Part shown: piece after piece, positions 8,004 through 16,520 of the stretch
Layout: every line of letters starts with the position of its first letter
Position numbering within the stretch: the first letter of the stretch is position 1
Sequence record: DRR723986_4851
DNA: 37,933 nucleotides
Direction: 5' to 3' (one strand)
Position numbers and translations under genes: made by a program
Notes under the pieces: model-generated
Database searches by the model: none
What the model was told of the DNA's origin: nothing
Seen by the model: the letters and a program-made list of their open reading frames with translations, nothing else

Positions 8004-8909
8004 CTATTCCGCCTCGCCGCCAAACAGCTCGATGATCCGGTCCTGCAAGCCGGTAAGTGCATCCGCCAGCAGGGCAAAGTCCGCATCCAGGCGCGCGGCC
8101 TCGTCCGCCTCGGGAATATCCTCGTTCTCTTTCATCAGCTCATCCGCAAATTTAAGGCGCCGCAGGCAAAGATCCTCGCCGAGCAGGAAAGACACCCGCT
8201 CATCCCAGTGCAGGGCAAGGCGCGCCACCTGCTTGCCGGCCTGTAAATGAGTGTCCACTTCTTCACTGAGCAAATCAACGCCGCGGCAGCGCACGACCCC
8301 GCCATCCTCACCCGGCTCGCGTAGTTCGATTTCTCCCCCCAGCTCGAAATCCTGCGGCAGGCTGCGATGCACCAGCCAGCCGGTCATGGTATTCGCCGGG
8401 GAGTTGTTTACCTGGGGCAGCAGCACGGGGAAGCTGCCGATGCAGTCGCGCAACAGGTTGAGCAGTTCCTCAGCCCGGTTGGCACTGGCCGCATTGACCA
8501 GGATCCAGTTACCGCGAGTATCGATGTAGGCATCGACATGGCTGCTGCGGGAAAAGGCACGCGGCAGGCAGTCCTGCACAATCTCATCCTTCAGCGACAG
8601 CCGCTCCTTGCGATAGACCTTGCGTGCCTGGTCAGTCTGGATCGCCGCGATACGCTCCTCCAGCTGCTCCCGCACTACGGTGGAGGGAAGCAGTTTTTCC
8701 TCCCGCCTGAGGCGCAGCAGCAGGCGACCACCGGCGGCATGCACCAGTGGGGCTCCCTCTTCGCCGACCGGGGGCACCCAGCCGAGGGAGAGCGGCTGGG
8801 AAGGCGTGCAGGGTTTGAAGGCGCGGGCACTGAGCTGCTCCGCGAGCTGCTCGGGTGATTGCTGGAACGGACTGGTCAGGCGATAGGCGCGAAGATTCTT
8901 GAACCACAT
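8004..8909 (-). CDS. rdgC: Recombination-associated protein RdgC
   Basis: MWFKNLRAYRL, SLGWVPP, REEKLLP..VV, LPRAFS, DADFAL, LFGGE. Confidence 0.95.
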   Translation of the reverse strand: MWFKNLRAYRLTSPFQQSPEQLAEQLSARAFKPCTPSQPLSLGWVPPVGEEGAPLVHAAGGRLLLRLRREEKLLPSTVVREQLEERIAAIQTDQARKVYRKERLSLKDEIVQDCLPRAFSRSSHVDAYIDTRGNWILVNAASANRAEELLNLLRDCIGSFPVLLPQVNNSPANTMTGWLVHRSLPQDFELGGEIELREPGEDGGVVRCRGVDLLSEEVDTHLQAGKQVARLALHWDERVSFLLGEDLCLRRLKFADELMKENEDIPEADEAARLDADFALLADALTGLQDRIIELFGGEAE

Positions 8910-9140
8910 AAAGTCGTACTGCCTTGGCGAAAAGCGCCGGATTGTAACCCAGACCGCCGCTGAACACAGTGCGCGCGCGGGACTGTCGTGCCGCTACCGG
9001 GTCTGGAAAAAGGGTAGGCGTGTTTAACTTATTGTGCCGCCGCGCTACGGGTTTCGTTGTCACCCCCATACCATCAGGGTTTAAATTTTCCTCCACTGCG
9101 GAACACGCCGCGTGGCAAAGCCATTTCCCGAGGTAACACC

Positions 9141-10631
9141 ATGACTGACGCCGACAAAACCAGCCCCTGCAAGCCACGCCACGCGCGGGATATTGCGGCC
9201 TGGGACATGGAAACTGACGTGGTGGTTATTGGTTTTGGCGGTGCCGGGGGCTGCGCGGCCATCGCCGCTGCCGATGCCGGGGCCGAGGTCATCCTGTTTG
9301 AGCTGGCCAGCGCCAGTGGTGGCTCGACCGCCCTGTCCAGTGCGGAGATTTACATGGGGGGCAGCGGCGGCACCCGGGTACAGCAGGCCTGCGGTTTCGA
9401 AGACAGCACTGAGGACATGTTTACCTACATGATGATGTGTGCCGGACCCCAGGCAGACGAGGCCAAGATTCGCAATTACTGCGAGAACAGCGCCGCCCAC
9501 TTCGACTGGCTGCTGGAGCTTGGCGTGCCCTTCAAGGACAGCTTCCACGAGGAGCGAGCCATCATGTGCCTCACCGATGATGGTCTGCTGTACACCGGTT
9601 CGGAGAAGGCCTACCCCTTCGCCCAGGCGGCGAAACCCTGCCCCCGCGGCCACAACCTGTATGTAGAGGGGGACAACGGCGGGCCGCTGTTCATGAAGAT
9701 CGTCACCGAGAACGTGGAGAAACGCCCGGCCATCACCGTGGCTTACGAAACCCGGGCGCTGACCCTGGTGGTAGACGACAGCGATGCCGTTGTCGGTATC
9801 GTGGTGCGCCAGGACCAGCAGGAGAAGCTTGTGCGGGCGCGGCGCGGCGTGGTGCTGTGCGCCGGCGGTTTCGTGATGAACGAAGAGATGATCCGCAAGT
9901 ACGCACCCAAACTCACCGTAGGCACCCAGCCCATCGGCAACCCCGGCGATACCGGTGCCGGGGTCCTGATGGGCATGGGCGCCGGTGGCGCGGCGGTAAA
10001 CATGCACGAGGGCTTCATCAGCCTGCCTTACTACCCGCCGGCGAGCATGACCTACGGTATCGTAATCAATGACAAGGGCCAGCGCTTTATCAACGAGGAC
10101 GTGTATCACGGGCGCCTCGGGGATTTCTGCCTGCGCCAGCAGTCAGACCGTATCTATTTCATCGTCACGGTTGAGCAGTACGCCGACTACGAGAAGGTCA
10201 GTTATCTTGGTGCCGAGGTTGCAGGCACCGGTGAAACCGTGGCGGAACTGGAAGAAGAGCTGGGCCTGCGCGCCGGAACCTTGCAGCAAACCATTGCGCT
10301 GTATAACGAAGACTGCGAGCGCGGTGAGGACACCCTCTACCACAAGGCGGCCGAGTGGCTGGTGCCGCTGGCCCCACCCCTGGTGGCGCTGGACATCACT
10401 CCGGGGCGCGGTGCCTTCGTGCCGTTTTTCACCCTGGGCGGCCTCGATACCTTGCCCACCGGGGAAGTCGTGGATGCACAGCGGGGCGTCATTCCCGGGC
10501 TCTACGCCGCCGGGCGCACCGCCTGCGGGGTCGTGCGCACCGCTGCCGGTTACAGCAGCGGGATGTCGGTGGGCGACGCCACTTTCTCCGGTCGCCTCGC
10601 CGGCGCCCAGGCCGCCAGCCGACAGTCCTGA
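9141..10631 (+). CDS. FAD-binding oxidoreductase, 3-ketosteroid delta4-(5alpha)-dehydrogenase-like
   Basis: WD.E.DVVVIGFGGAG, GGSTALS, Q.ACGFEDS, GVVLCAGGF, GQRFINEDVYHGR, FTLGGL, PGLYAAGR, GYSSGMSVGD.TFSGR; ATG 9141 after GAGGT. Confidence 0.75.
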   Translation: MTDADKTSPCKPRHARDIAAWDMETDVVVIGFGGAGGCAAIAAADAGAEVILFELASASGGSTALSSAEIYMGGSGGTRVQQACGFEDSTEDMFTYMMMCAGPQADEAKIRNYCENSAAHFDWLLELGVPFKDSFHEERAIMCLTDDGLLYTGSEKAYPFAQAAKPCPRGHNLYVEGDNGGPLFMKIVTENVEKRPAITVAYETRALTLVVDDSDAVVGIVVRQDQQEKLVRARRGVVLCAGGFVMNEEMIRKYAPKLTVGTQPIGNPGDTGAGVLMGMGAGGAAVNMHEGFISLPYYPPASMTYGIVINDKGQRFINEDVYHGRLGDFCLRQQSDRIYFIVTVEQYADYEKVSYLGAEVAGTGETVAELEEELGLRAGTLQQTIALYNEDCERGEDTLYHKAAEWLVPLAPPLVALDITPGRGAFVPFFTLGGLDTLPTGEVVDAQRGVIPGLYAAGRTACGVVRTAAGYSSGMSVGDATFSGRLAGAQAASRQS

Positions 10632-10642
10632 TCCCGGCGGGC

Positions 10643-10671
10643 TTGCCAGCCCGTCGGTGCACTCCTACCAT
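10643..10671 (+). promoter_or_regulatory. Putative sigma70 promoter for gloA and downstream genes
   Basis: TTGCCA(10643-10648)-17 nt-TACCAT(10666-10671); overlaps a hairpin at 10634-10657. Confidence 0.45.
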
Positions 10672-10724
10672 GGCGTTGGGCCCGCCCACGCGGGTAATGT
10701 TTGCGCCGCTACGGGAATTCCATC

Positions 10725-11174
10725 ATGAAGTACCTGCATACCATGGTTCGCGCCCGCGACCTGGACGAGACCCTGGACTTTTACTGCAACAAGCTCGGCA
10801 TGGTGGAAGTGCGCCGCTACGACAGCGAGGCAGGGCGTTTCACCCTGGTATTTCTCGCCGCTCCAGGGGACGCCGAGGCGGCTACCCAGGAGGGCGTCAG
10901 CCTTGCCCCGGTGATCGAGATCACCTGGAACTGGGACCCTGAAAGCTACGACGGCGGGCGCAATTTCGGCCACCTCGCCTACCAGGTAGAAGACATCTAT
11001 GCCCTGTGCCAGCGCCTGCTTGATAAGGGGGTGACCATCAATCGGCCGCCACGCGACGGGCATATGGCCTTCATCCGCTCCCCGGATGGCATATCCATCG
11101 AGCTGTTGCAGGCGGGAGAATCCCTGCCGCCGCAAGAGCCCTGGGCGTCCATGGAGAACAGTGGAAGCTGGTAA
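10725..11174 (+). CDS. gloA: Lactoylglutathione lyase / VOC family protein
   Basis: [57 protein letters not shown]. Confidence 0.85.
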   Translation: MKYLHTMVRARDLDETLDFYCNKLGMVEVRRYDSEAGRFTLVFLAAPGDAEAATQEGVSLAPVIEITWNWDPESYDGGRNFGHLAYQVEDIYALCQRLLDKGVTINRPPRDGHMAFIRSPDGISIELLQAGESLPPQEPWASMENSGSW

Positions 11175-11196
11175 GGAAGCAAGCAGCAACCCGGCG

Positions 11197-13545
11197 ATGA
11201 CCAGCAGCATCTCAACCCGCCTGGTTCTGCTGATCACCGCCTGTACCGCGCTGATCGTGGGGATCAGCCTGTTTATCGATTACCGTCGTACTGAACAGGA
11301 AATCCTCGAACGCTTGAGGTTACAGGCCTCGCAAACCATCGGCACCACGATTACCGACCTGGAAAACCTGCTGGATGGCGCCGAAAGCTCCGCCTGGTTC
11401 GTCGCCAACATCGTTTCGAGACAGCCCTTCGAGGAGCCCGAGCTCAAGCTGCTGGTAAAGGATATCCTGCTCAGCAATGACGCGATCTTCGGGGCGACGA
11501 TTGCCTTGAACCCCGATCATGCCGCCCAGCCGGCCGGCTACGCGCCTTACTATTTCCGCAAAGACGGCATCCTGCGCTTCAAGGACATGGTCCCCGGCGA
11601 GCGGGCCTACTGGGAACGAGACTGGTTTGCAGTCGCCGCGGCAGAAGGCCGAGCGGTTTGGAGCGAGCCCTACTTCGATGCCGAGGGCGGCGAGGTCCTG
11701 ATGACCACGTTTTCAGTACCAGTCTACCGATCCGGCAACCCCGGAGCACGCGAGCTGTTCGCCATCGTAACGGCGGATGTCGCCCTCGACGAACTCGACC
11801 AGTACATGCAAAGCCTGCGCCTCGGGACACACGGATTCAGCTTCCTGCTGTCAGGCAATGGCGCGGTGCTCAGCGCCCCGGATGACAATGACATCCTGAG
11901 ACACTACACCGAGGCGCTGGCAGGTCAGCAGGAAGCGACGCTCTGGAACACAATGCTCGGACAGGTGTCCGCCGGGGACGAGGTGTCACAAATCATCCCC
12001 TGCCCGGAGATTCCCGGCCTGTGCACCATCCGCATCCAGGCTCTCGCCTCTACCGGCTGGCCCGCGGGCGTGGTCTTTTCCCACGACGAGATGCTGCTGC
12101 CGCTGCAAACCTACCAGCGGAAAACGATTGGCATCACCGCCCTGTCGCTGCTGCTCCTTTGTGTGGGCATCTGGTTCATCGTTGGTCGGCTGATGCTGCC
12201 GCTGCGTCACCTGGCCAGCGCAAGTGACGCCATCGCCAGGGGCGAGCTCGATGCTCCGCTGCCCGAAGCGCATGGCAAGGATGAGGTTTCAAGCCTGGTG
12301 CGGTCGTTCAGCGCAATGAAAACCGACCTTGCCGCTTATATCGCCAACCTGGAGGCGGTCACCGCCAGTCGCAGCAAGCTTGAAGGGGAGTTGAACGCGG
12401 CGCGGGAAATCCAGATGGCCATGCTGCCCGGTGGCGGCCTGGCCAGCGAACAGGCTGAAGACTATGCGTTGTGGGCGCGAGTGCGCCCTGCGCGCAGTGT
12501 CGGCGGCGACCTGTACAGCTTCTTCCGAACCGACCGTCAGCTGTTCATCGCCGTCGGCGATGTGTCTGACAAGGGCGTACCGGCGGCCCTGTTCATGGCG
12601 CGGGCCATCAGCCTGCTGCAGCAACTGGGCCAGGAGGCTGCAGAGCCGGAGGCCGCTATCGCAGGGTTGAACAACGCGCTGACGTCAGGCAACGATAACT
12701 GCATGTTTGTGACCCTGTTCCTCGGGGTACTGGATCTGCACACCCACGAGCTGCTGTTTGCCAGCGCCGGGCACACGCCGCCGATTCTGGTCCGTGCCGA
12801 CACGGCAGCCGCAATCGCCCAGGACGATGGCCCCGCCCTGGGACTGGCGGAGGGGCTCGCGTTTCCTCGCAATCGCCTGCAGCTGGCGCCGGGAGACCGC
12901 CTGGCGATCTATACCGATGGGATCGACGAGGCCTTCGACAGCAATAACCGGATGTTCGGTACCGGGCGGGTTGTCGAGGCCCTGCAACAGTCGGCAGCGG
13001 AATCCGCCGCCGAGGCCGGACAGCAGCTGTTTGCCGCCGTCGACAGCTTCGCCGGCGATATGCAGCAGTCGGACGATATCACCCTGTTCCTGCTGGATAT
13101 CCCTCGCGCCGGCGCTGCACAGCGCTTCCAACAGTCCTTCCAGCTCGGCAAGGAGTTGAGCACCCGCGCCGGGAACTGGCTGGAACACCTGCTTGAACAG
13201 GCCGGCGTAGCCCCGGACGTTATCATGGAGATGGTACTGGTACAGGAAGAACTGGTAACCAATGTCCACAAATACGCGGGCCTGGCGCCCGGTGAGGAAG
13301 TGCTGGTCAAGCTGGAAGTCTTAGCGTCTGAGCTTCGCCTGGAGGTCAGTGATAGCGGCATCGCGTTCAATCCGCTGACCGACGGCCAACGCGCAGAGCT
13401 GGGGGCGGATATCGATCATGCCCGGGTCGGGGGTCTTGGTGTACACTTGATCACAAGGTTGACGGACAGCCAGCACTATTCCCGCGAGGGTGACCGCAAC
13501 GTGCTGCGGGTTACACGCCGCCTCGGTGCCGGGGCACAGGATTGA
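11197..13545 (+). CDS. Membrane Cache-HAMP-SpoIIE(PP2C) phosphatase fused to a C-terminal RsbW-type Ser kinase (HATPase_c)
   Basis: Two TMs around a dCache domain (WF...WSEPYFD), HAMP (DEV..L..SF..M), PP2C (AREIQ, VGGDLY, GDVSDKGVPAALFM, MFVT, SAGH, YTDGIDEA, QSDDIT), kinase (EELVTNVHKYA, SDSGIAFNP, GGLGVHLI). Confidence 0.9.
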   Translation: MTSSISTRLVLLITACTALIVGISLFIDYRRTEQEILERLRLQASQTIGTTITDLENLLDGAESSAWFVANIVSRQPFEEPELKLLVKDILLSNDAIFGATIALNPDHAAQPAGYAPYYFRKDGILRFKDMVPGERAYWERDWFAVAAAEGRAVWSEPYFDAEGGEVLMTTFSVPVYRSGNPGARELFAIVTADVALDELDQYMQSLRLGTHGFSFLLSGNGAVLSAPDDNDILRHYTEALAGQQEATLWNTMLGQVSAGDEVSQIIPCPEIPGLCTIRIQALASTGWPAGVVFSHDEMLLPLQTYQRKTIGITALSLLLLCVGIWFIVGRLMLPLRHLASASDAIARGELDAPLPEAHGKDEVSSLVRSFSAMKTDLAAYIANLEAVTASRSKLEGELNAAREIQMAMLPGGGLASEQAEDYALWARVRPARSVGGDLYSFFRTDRQLFIAVGDVSDKGVPAALFMARAISLLQQLGQEAAEPEAAIAGLNNALTSGNDNCMFVTLFLGVLDLHTHELLFASAGHTPPILVRADTAAAIAQDDGPALGLAEGLAFPRNRLQLAPGDRLAIYTDGIDEAFDSNNRMFGTGRVVEALQQSAAESAAEAGQQLFAAVDSFAGDMQQSDDITLFLLDIPRAGAAQRFQQSFQLGKELSTRAGNWLEHLLEQAGVAPDVIMEMVLVQEELVTNVHKYAGLAPGEEVLVKLEVLASELRLEVSDSGIAFNPLTDGQRAELGADIDHARVGGLGVHLITRLTDSQHYSREGDRNVLRVTRRLGAGAQD

Positions 13546-13567
13546 GACTACCAGGAACACATACGCC

Positions 13568-13942
13568 ATGGATCTGACCACCACTGTCACCGTCGATTCG
13601 GAAAATTCTGTCGCCCGGGTCTCACTCAATGGTGCGCTGAATACTGATACAGCGCCCGCATTCGAGGACAAACTGGCCAAGGTGATCGGCGAAGGTCACC
13701 AACTGATCGTGGTGGATATGAAAGACCTGGACTACATCAGTTCCGCCGGACTGCGGGTGATCTTCAAGGCCGCCAAGCAGACGAAGTCAGAAGGTCGCCG
13801 CCTTGCCGCCGCCAACCGCAAGCCGCATATCGACAAGGTGTTCGAGATTCTCAAGGCACTGCCGGATATGGCAGTGTTCGCCGATGATGCGGAGCTGGAC
13901 GCCTACCTCACCGCGATGCAGGACAAAACCCGCGGTAACTAG
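13568..13942 (+). CDS. STAS-domain anti-sigma factor antagonist
   Basis: L.G.L.T.TAPAF, LDYISSAGLRV with the phosphorylatable Ser; directly downstream of the phosphatase/kinase. Confidence 0.9.
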   Translation: MDLTTTVTVDSENSVARVSLNGALNTDTAPAFEDKLAKVIGEGHQLIVVDMKDLDYISSAGLRVIFKAAKQTKSEGRRLAAANRKPHIDKVFEILKALPDMAVFADDAELDAYLTAMQDKTRGN

Positions 13943-14640
13943 GCCTTCAGGAACGCAAGTATCCAGCGGCCGATGCGCTCGTTTTCCGGCACGGCAGCAA
14001 GCGAAGCCAATCCACTCTCGTAAACCTGCTCACCTATCGCTTCCCGGCGGAACTCAATAATCTCCCGCGAATAGCCGGGAACAAACTCCGGGTGGCCCTG
14101 AAACGTGAGAATGTGCTCGCCAAGCTGACAAACGGCGTTCTCGCAGAACTCGCTGCCCGCCAGCACCGTCGCTCCCTCGGCAGTCACCACCACCTGGTCC
14201 TGGTGACTGACCAGTACCTTGAAGTCCGCCGGGCCGTCATCGTACCAGTCCGGCTGGTGCTTGAACGTGTGGGTATGCACGCCGACGCCCCAGCCCTTGC
14301 TGGATTTTTCCGTTTTACCACCCAGCGCCTGGGCCACCAGTTGGTGGCCGAAGCAGATGCCAACCAGCTTCTTCTTGCGCTGATCCAGCTCACGAACAAA
14401 ATCCTCCAGCCGGCGAATCCAGGGCTTGTCGTCGTAGACGCTGCTCTTGCTGCCGGTGATCAGGTAGGCGTCGACCTCGTCGATGTCCGCCGGGTATTCG
14501 CCCTGTTCTACGTCGTAGACCACGAATTCCAGCGCCGGGTCGAGCTTGCCAAGCAGGGCGACAAACATATCAGGGTATTCGCCAAACTCCGGCACCCACC
14601 TGGCTTGTACTGCGTCTGTCTTGAGAATACCGAGCTTCAT
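13939..14640 (-). CDS. Class I glutamine amidotransferase-like protein (GMP-synthase-like, standalone)
   Basis: ITGS, GICFGHQ nucleophile, GWGVG, SHQDQV, FQGHPEF. Confidence 0.9.
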   Translation of the reverse strand: MKLGILKTDAVQARWVPEFGEYPDMFVALLGKLDPALEFVVYDVEQGEYPADIDEVDAYLITGSKSSVYDDKPWIRRLEDFVRELDQRKKKLVGICFGHQLVAQALGGKTEKSSKGWGVGVHTHTFKHQPDWYDDGPADFKVLVSHQDQVVVTAEGATVLAGSEFCENAVCQLGEHILTFQGHPEFVPGYSREIIEFRREAIGEQVYESGLASLAAVPENERIGRWILAFLKA

Positions 14641-14765
14641 GACCTGTCCCTGCCGCCGCTTCGCCAGCGGAAAAACCACCATCTTAGTGACGCGTCAGGC
14701 GGACTGTCCATACCACCATAGGGCAGGTCACAGGGCGCCGCTCGCACGGTAGCTGGCCACGGCGA

Positions 14766-14821
14766 TCGTCACAAAAGCGCCACAAAACCGTCATGATTCT
14801 GCCACAGCACTTGCCCACACT
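14766..14821 (+). promoter_or_regulatory. Putative tandem Pho boxes (PhoB) with a -10 element
   Basis: GTCACA 14768, GCCACA 14779, GTCATG 14790, GCCACA 14801, an exact 11-bp period; 10 nt after CTGCCAC (14799-14805) comes -10-like CACACT (14816-14821). Confidence 0.7.
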
Positions 14822-14827
14822 AGCGGC

Positions 14828-15358
14828 ATGGAAATACTGTCTGCACTGCAACAGTTCGACCATCGCCTGTTCGCCCGGGTGTTCAGGCAGGGCGAACGGC
14901 GTATGATCCGGCCGCTGGCCAGGGCCCTGTCGCGCTCTGGCGACGGCTATCTCCATCTCCTGGTACCCCTGCTGCTGTGGCTGCTCGGCGCGGATCATCT
15001 GGCGCAGTTCACCGCGCTACTGCTCGCCGCGCTGGTATGCGAGCGGGCCGTCTACTGGGTACTGAAGAACTCCCTGAAGCGGCGGCGCCCGCAGGAGTAC
15101 ATGCCAGGGTTTCGCAGCATCATTACCGCGTCCGACCAGTTCAGCTTCCCCTCCGGCCACAGCTCCGCCGCCTTTTTACTGGCAACCTCCCTGGGCCTGG
15201 TTTATGGCGGCCCGCTGATTGCCATGTACCTGTGGGCCAGTGGTGTTGCCATGTCCCGGGTGATCCTGGGTGTCCACTTTCCCGGGGACACGGTTGCCGG
15301 GGCGCTGATGGGCAGCAGCATCGCGCTGGTCATGGCGAGTCAACTGGGCATCAGCTGA
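14828..15358 (+). CDS. PAP2-family membrane phosphatase
   Basis: K(x6)RP (KNSLKRRRP), FSFPSGH, SRVILGVHFPGD. Confidence 0.92.
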   Translation: MEILSALQQFDHRLFARVFRQGERRMIRPLARALSRSGDGYLHLLVPLLLWLLGADHLAQFTALLLAALVCERAVYWVLKNSLKRRRPQEYMPGFRSIITASDQFSFPSGHSSAAFLLATSLGLVYGGPLIAMYLWASGVAMSRVILGVHFPGDTVAGALMGSSIALVMASQLGIS

Positions 15359-15359
15359 G

Positions 15360-16460
15360 ATGAAGATCCTGTATGGGGTGCAGGCCACCGGCCAGGGTCA
15401 CATCAGCCGTGCCCGGGCGATGGCACGAGCCTTCGCTGCCCACGACGTGGAAGTGACCTGGCTGTTCTCCGGGCGCCCCCGGGAGCGGCTGTTCGATATG
15501 GCACCCTTTGGCGACTACGCATATCGCCGCGGTCTCACCTTCACCACCCGCGCCGGCGGCATCCGCTACCTGGCCACCGTGCGCGATAACAATATCTTTA
15601 CTCTGCTGCGAGACATCCGAACCCTGGATCTGTCGCCCTACCAGCTTGTCGTGACTGACTATGAACCGGTCACTGCCTGGGCAGCGCGTCTGCAGGGCCG
15701 GGCCAGCATCGGCATCGGCCACCAGTACGCCTTCGGTCAGCACACGCCCGTCGCGGGCGGCGACTGGCTCTCCCGCCGGGTCATGCGCAACTTCGCCCCG
15801 GTAGATACTGCACTGGGTCTGCACTGGCACCCCTACGCCGACAATGTGCTCCCGCCTATCCTTGACCTGCCCAACCTGCCCCGGGTACAGGGCCAACACA
15901 TCCTGGTGTACCTGCCCTTCGAAGACCAGGATCGGGTCAGCGCCTGGCTACGCAGCGCGCCGGAGCAACAGTTCATCCAGTATGCCAACGGTCTGGCAGC
16001 CGCCAGCGGGGGCAATGTCGAGCGCCGCCCCGCCAGCACCGAGGGTTTCAAACAGCATCTCGCCAGCTGCGCCGGGGTGATCTGCAACAGCGGCTTCGAA
16101 TTGATCAGCGAATGTATCCAGTGGCGCAAGCCGGTGTTAACACGGCCCCTCGATGGCCAGATGGAGCAGTTATCCAACGCCCTGGCCCTGCAGCAGCTGG
16201 GCCTGGCGCGGATAACCCATGAGCTGTCAGCGCAGGTGCTGAACGATTGGCTGAGCGCACCAGGGGTGCAAGCGCCGCGCCAGTTTGGCGACGTTGCCGG
16301 TGCGCTGGCAGCGTGGCTGGCGGGGGGCTGCCAGGAACCGGTCAGCCGCATTGGCAGGCGCTTATGGTCGCTGCCGGAAACTCCCCCGGCGGGCGCCAGC
16401 GCTCGCAAGCTGCCACGGTCCAGTATGCCGAACCTTCTCGCTGAAGCGGCTTCCTCCTAG
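15360..16460 (+). CDS. MJ1255/VC2487-family glycosyltransferase (GT-B)
   Basis: MKILYGVQATGQGHISRAR, TDYEPVTAWAA, IGIGHQYAF, LVYLPFE, GVICNSGFELISE, PL.GQMEQ.SNA; starts 1 nt after the PAP2 stop. Confidence 0.9.
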   Translation: MKILYGVQATGQGHISRARAMARAFAAHDVEVTWLFSGRPRERLFDMAPFGDYAYRRGLTFTTRAGGIRYLATVRDNNIFTLLRDIRTLDLSPYQLVVTDYEPVTAWAARLQGRASIGIGHQYAFGQHTPVAGGDWLSRRVMRNFAPVDTALGLHWHPYADNVLPPILDLPNLPRVQGQHILVYLPFEDQDRVSAWLRSAPEQQFIQYANGLAAASGGNVERRPASTEGFKQHLASCAGVICNSGFELISECIQWRKPVLTRPLDGQMEQLSNALALQQLGLARITHELSAQVLNDWLSAPGVQAPRQFGDVAGALAAWLAGGCQEPVSRIGRRLWSLPETPPAGASARKLPRSSMPNLLAEAASS

Positions 16461-16520
16461 CGATATACTCGAGCCACGGCGATCACCCCAACCCGGTCGC
16501 CGCCGAAGGGAGCGAGTCTG

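Noticed and set aside
6907-8250. 447-aa + strand ORF (similarly 16524-18062 -, 21339-22472 +, 9081-10109 -, 34958-35905 +)
   Set aside because: Antisense shadows of well-supported genes, expected in high-GC coding DNA; no recognisable motifs.
10634-10657. Hairpin CCGGCGGGCT-TGCC-AGCCCGTCGG as a terminator or REP element
   Set aside because: No U tract and no further copies recognised in the window; it overlaps a plausible promoter.
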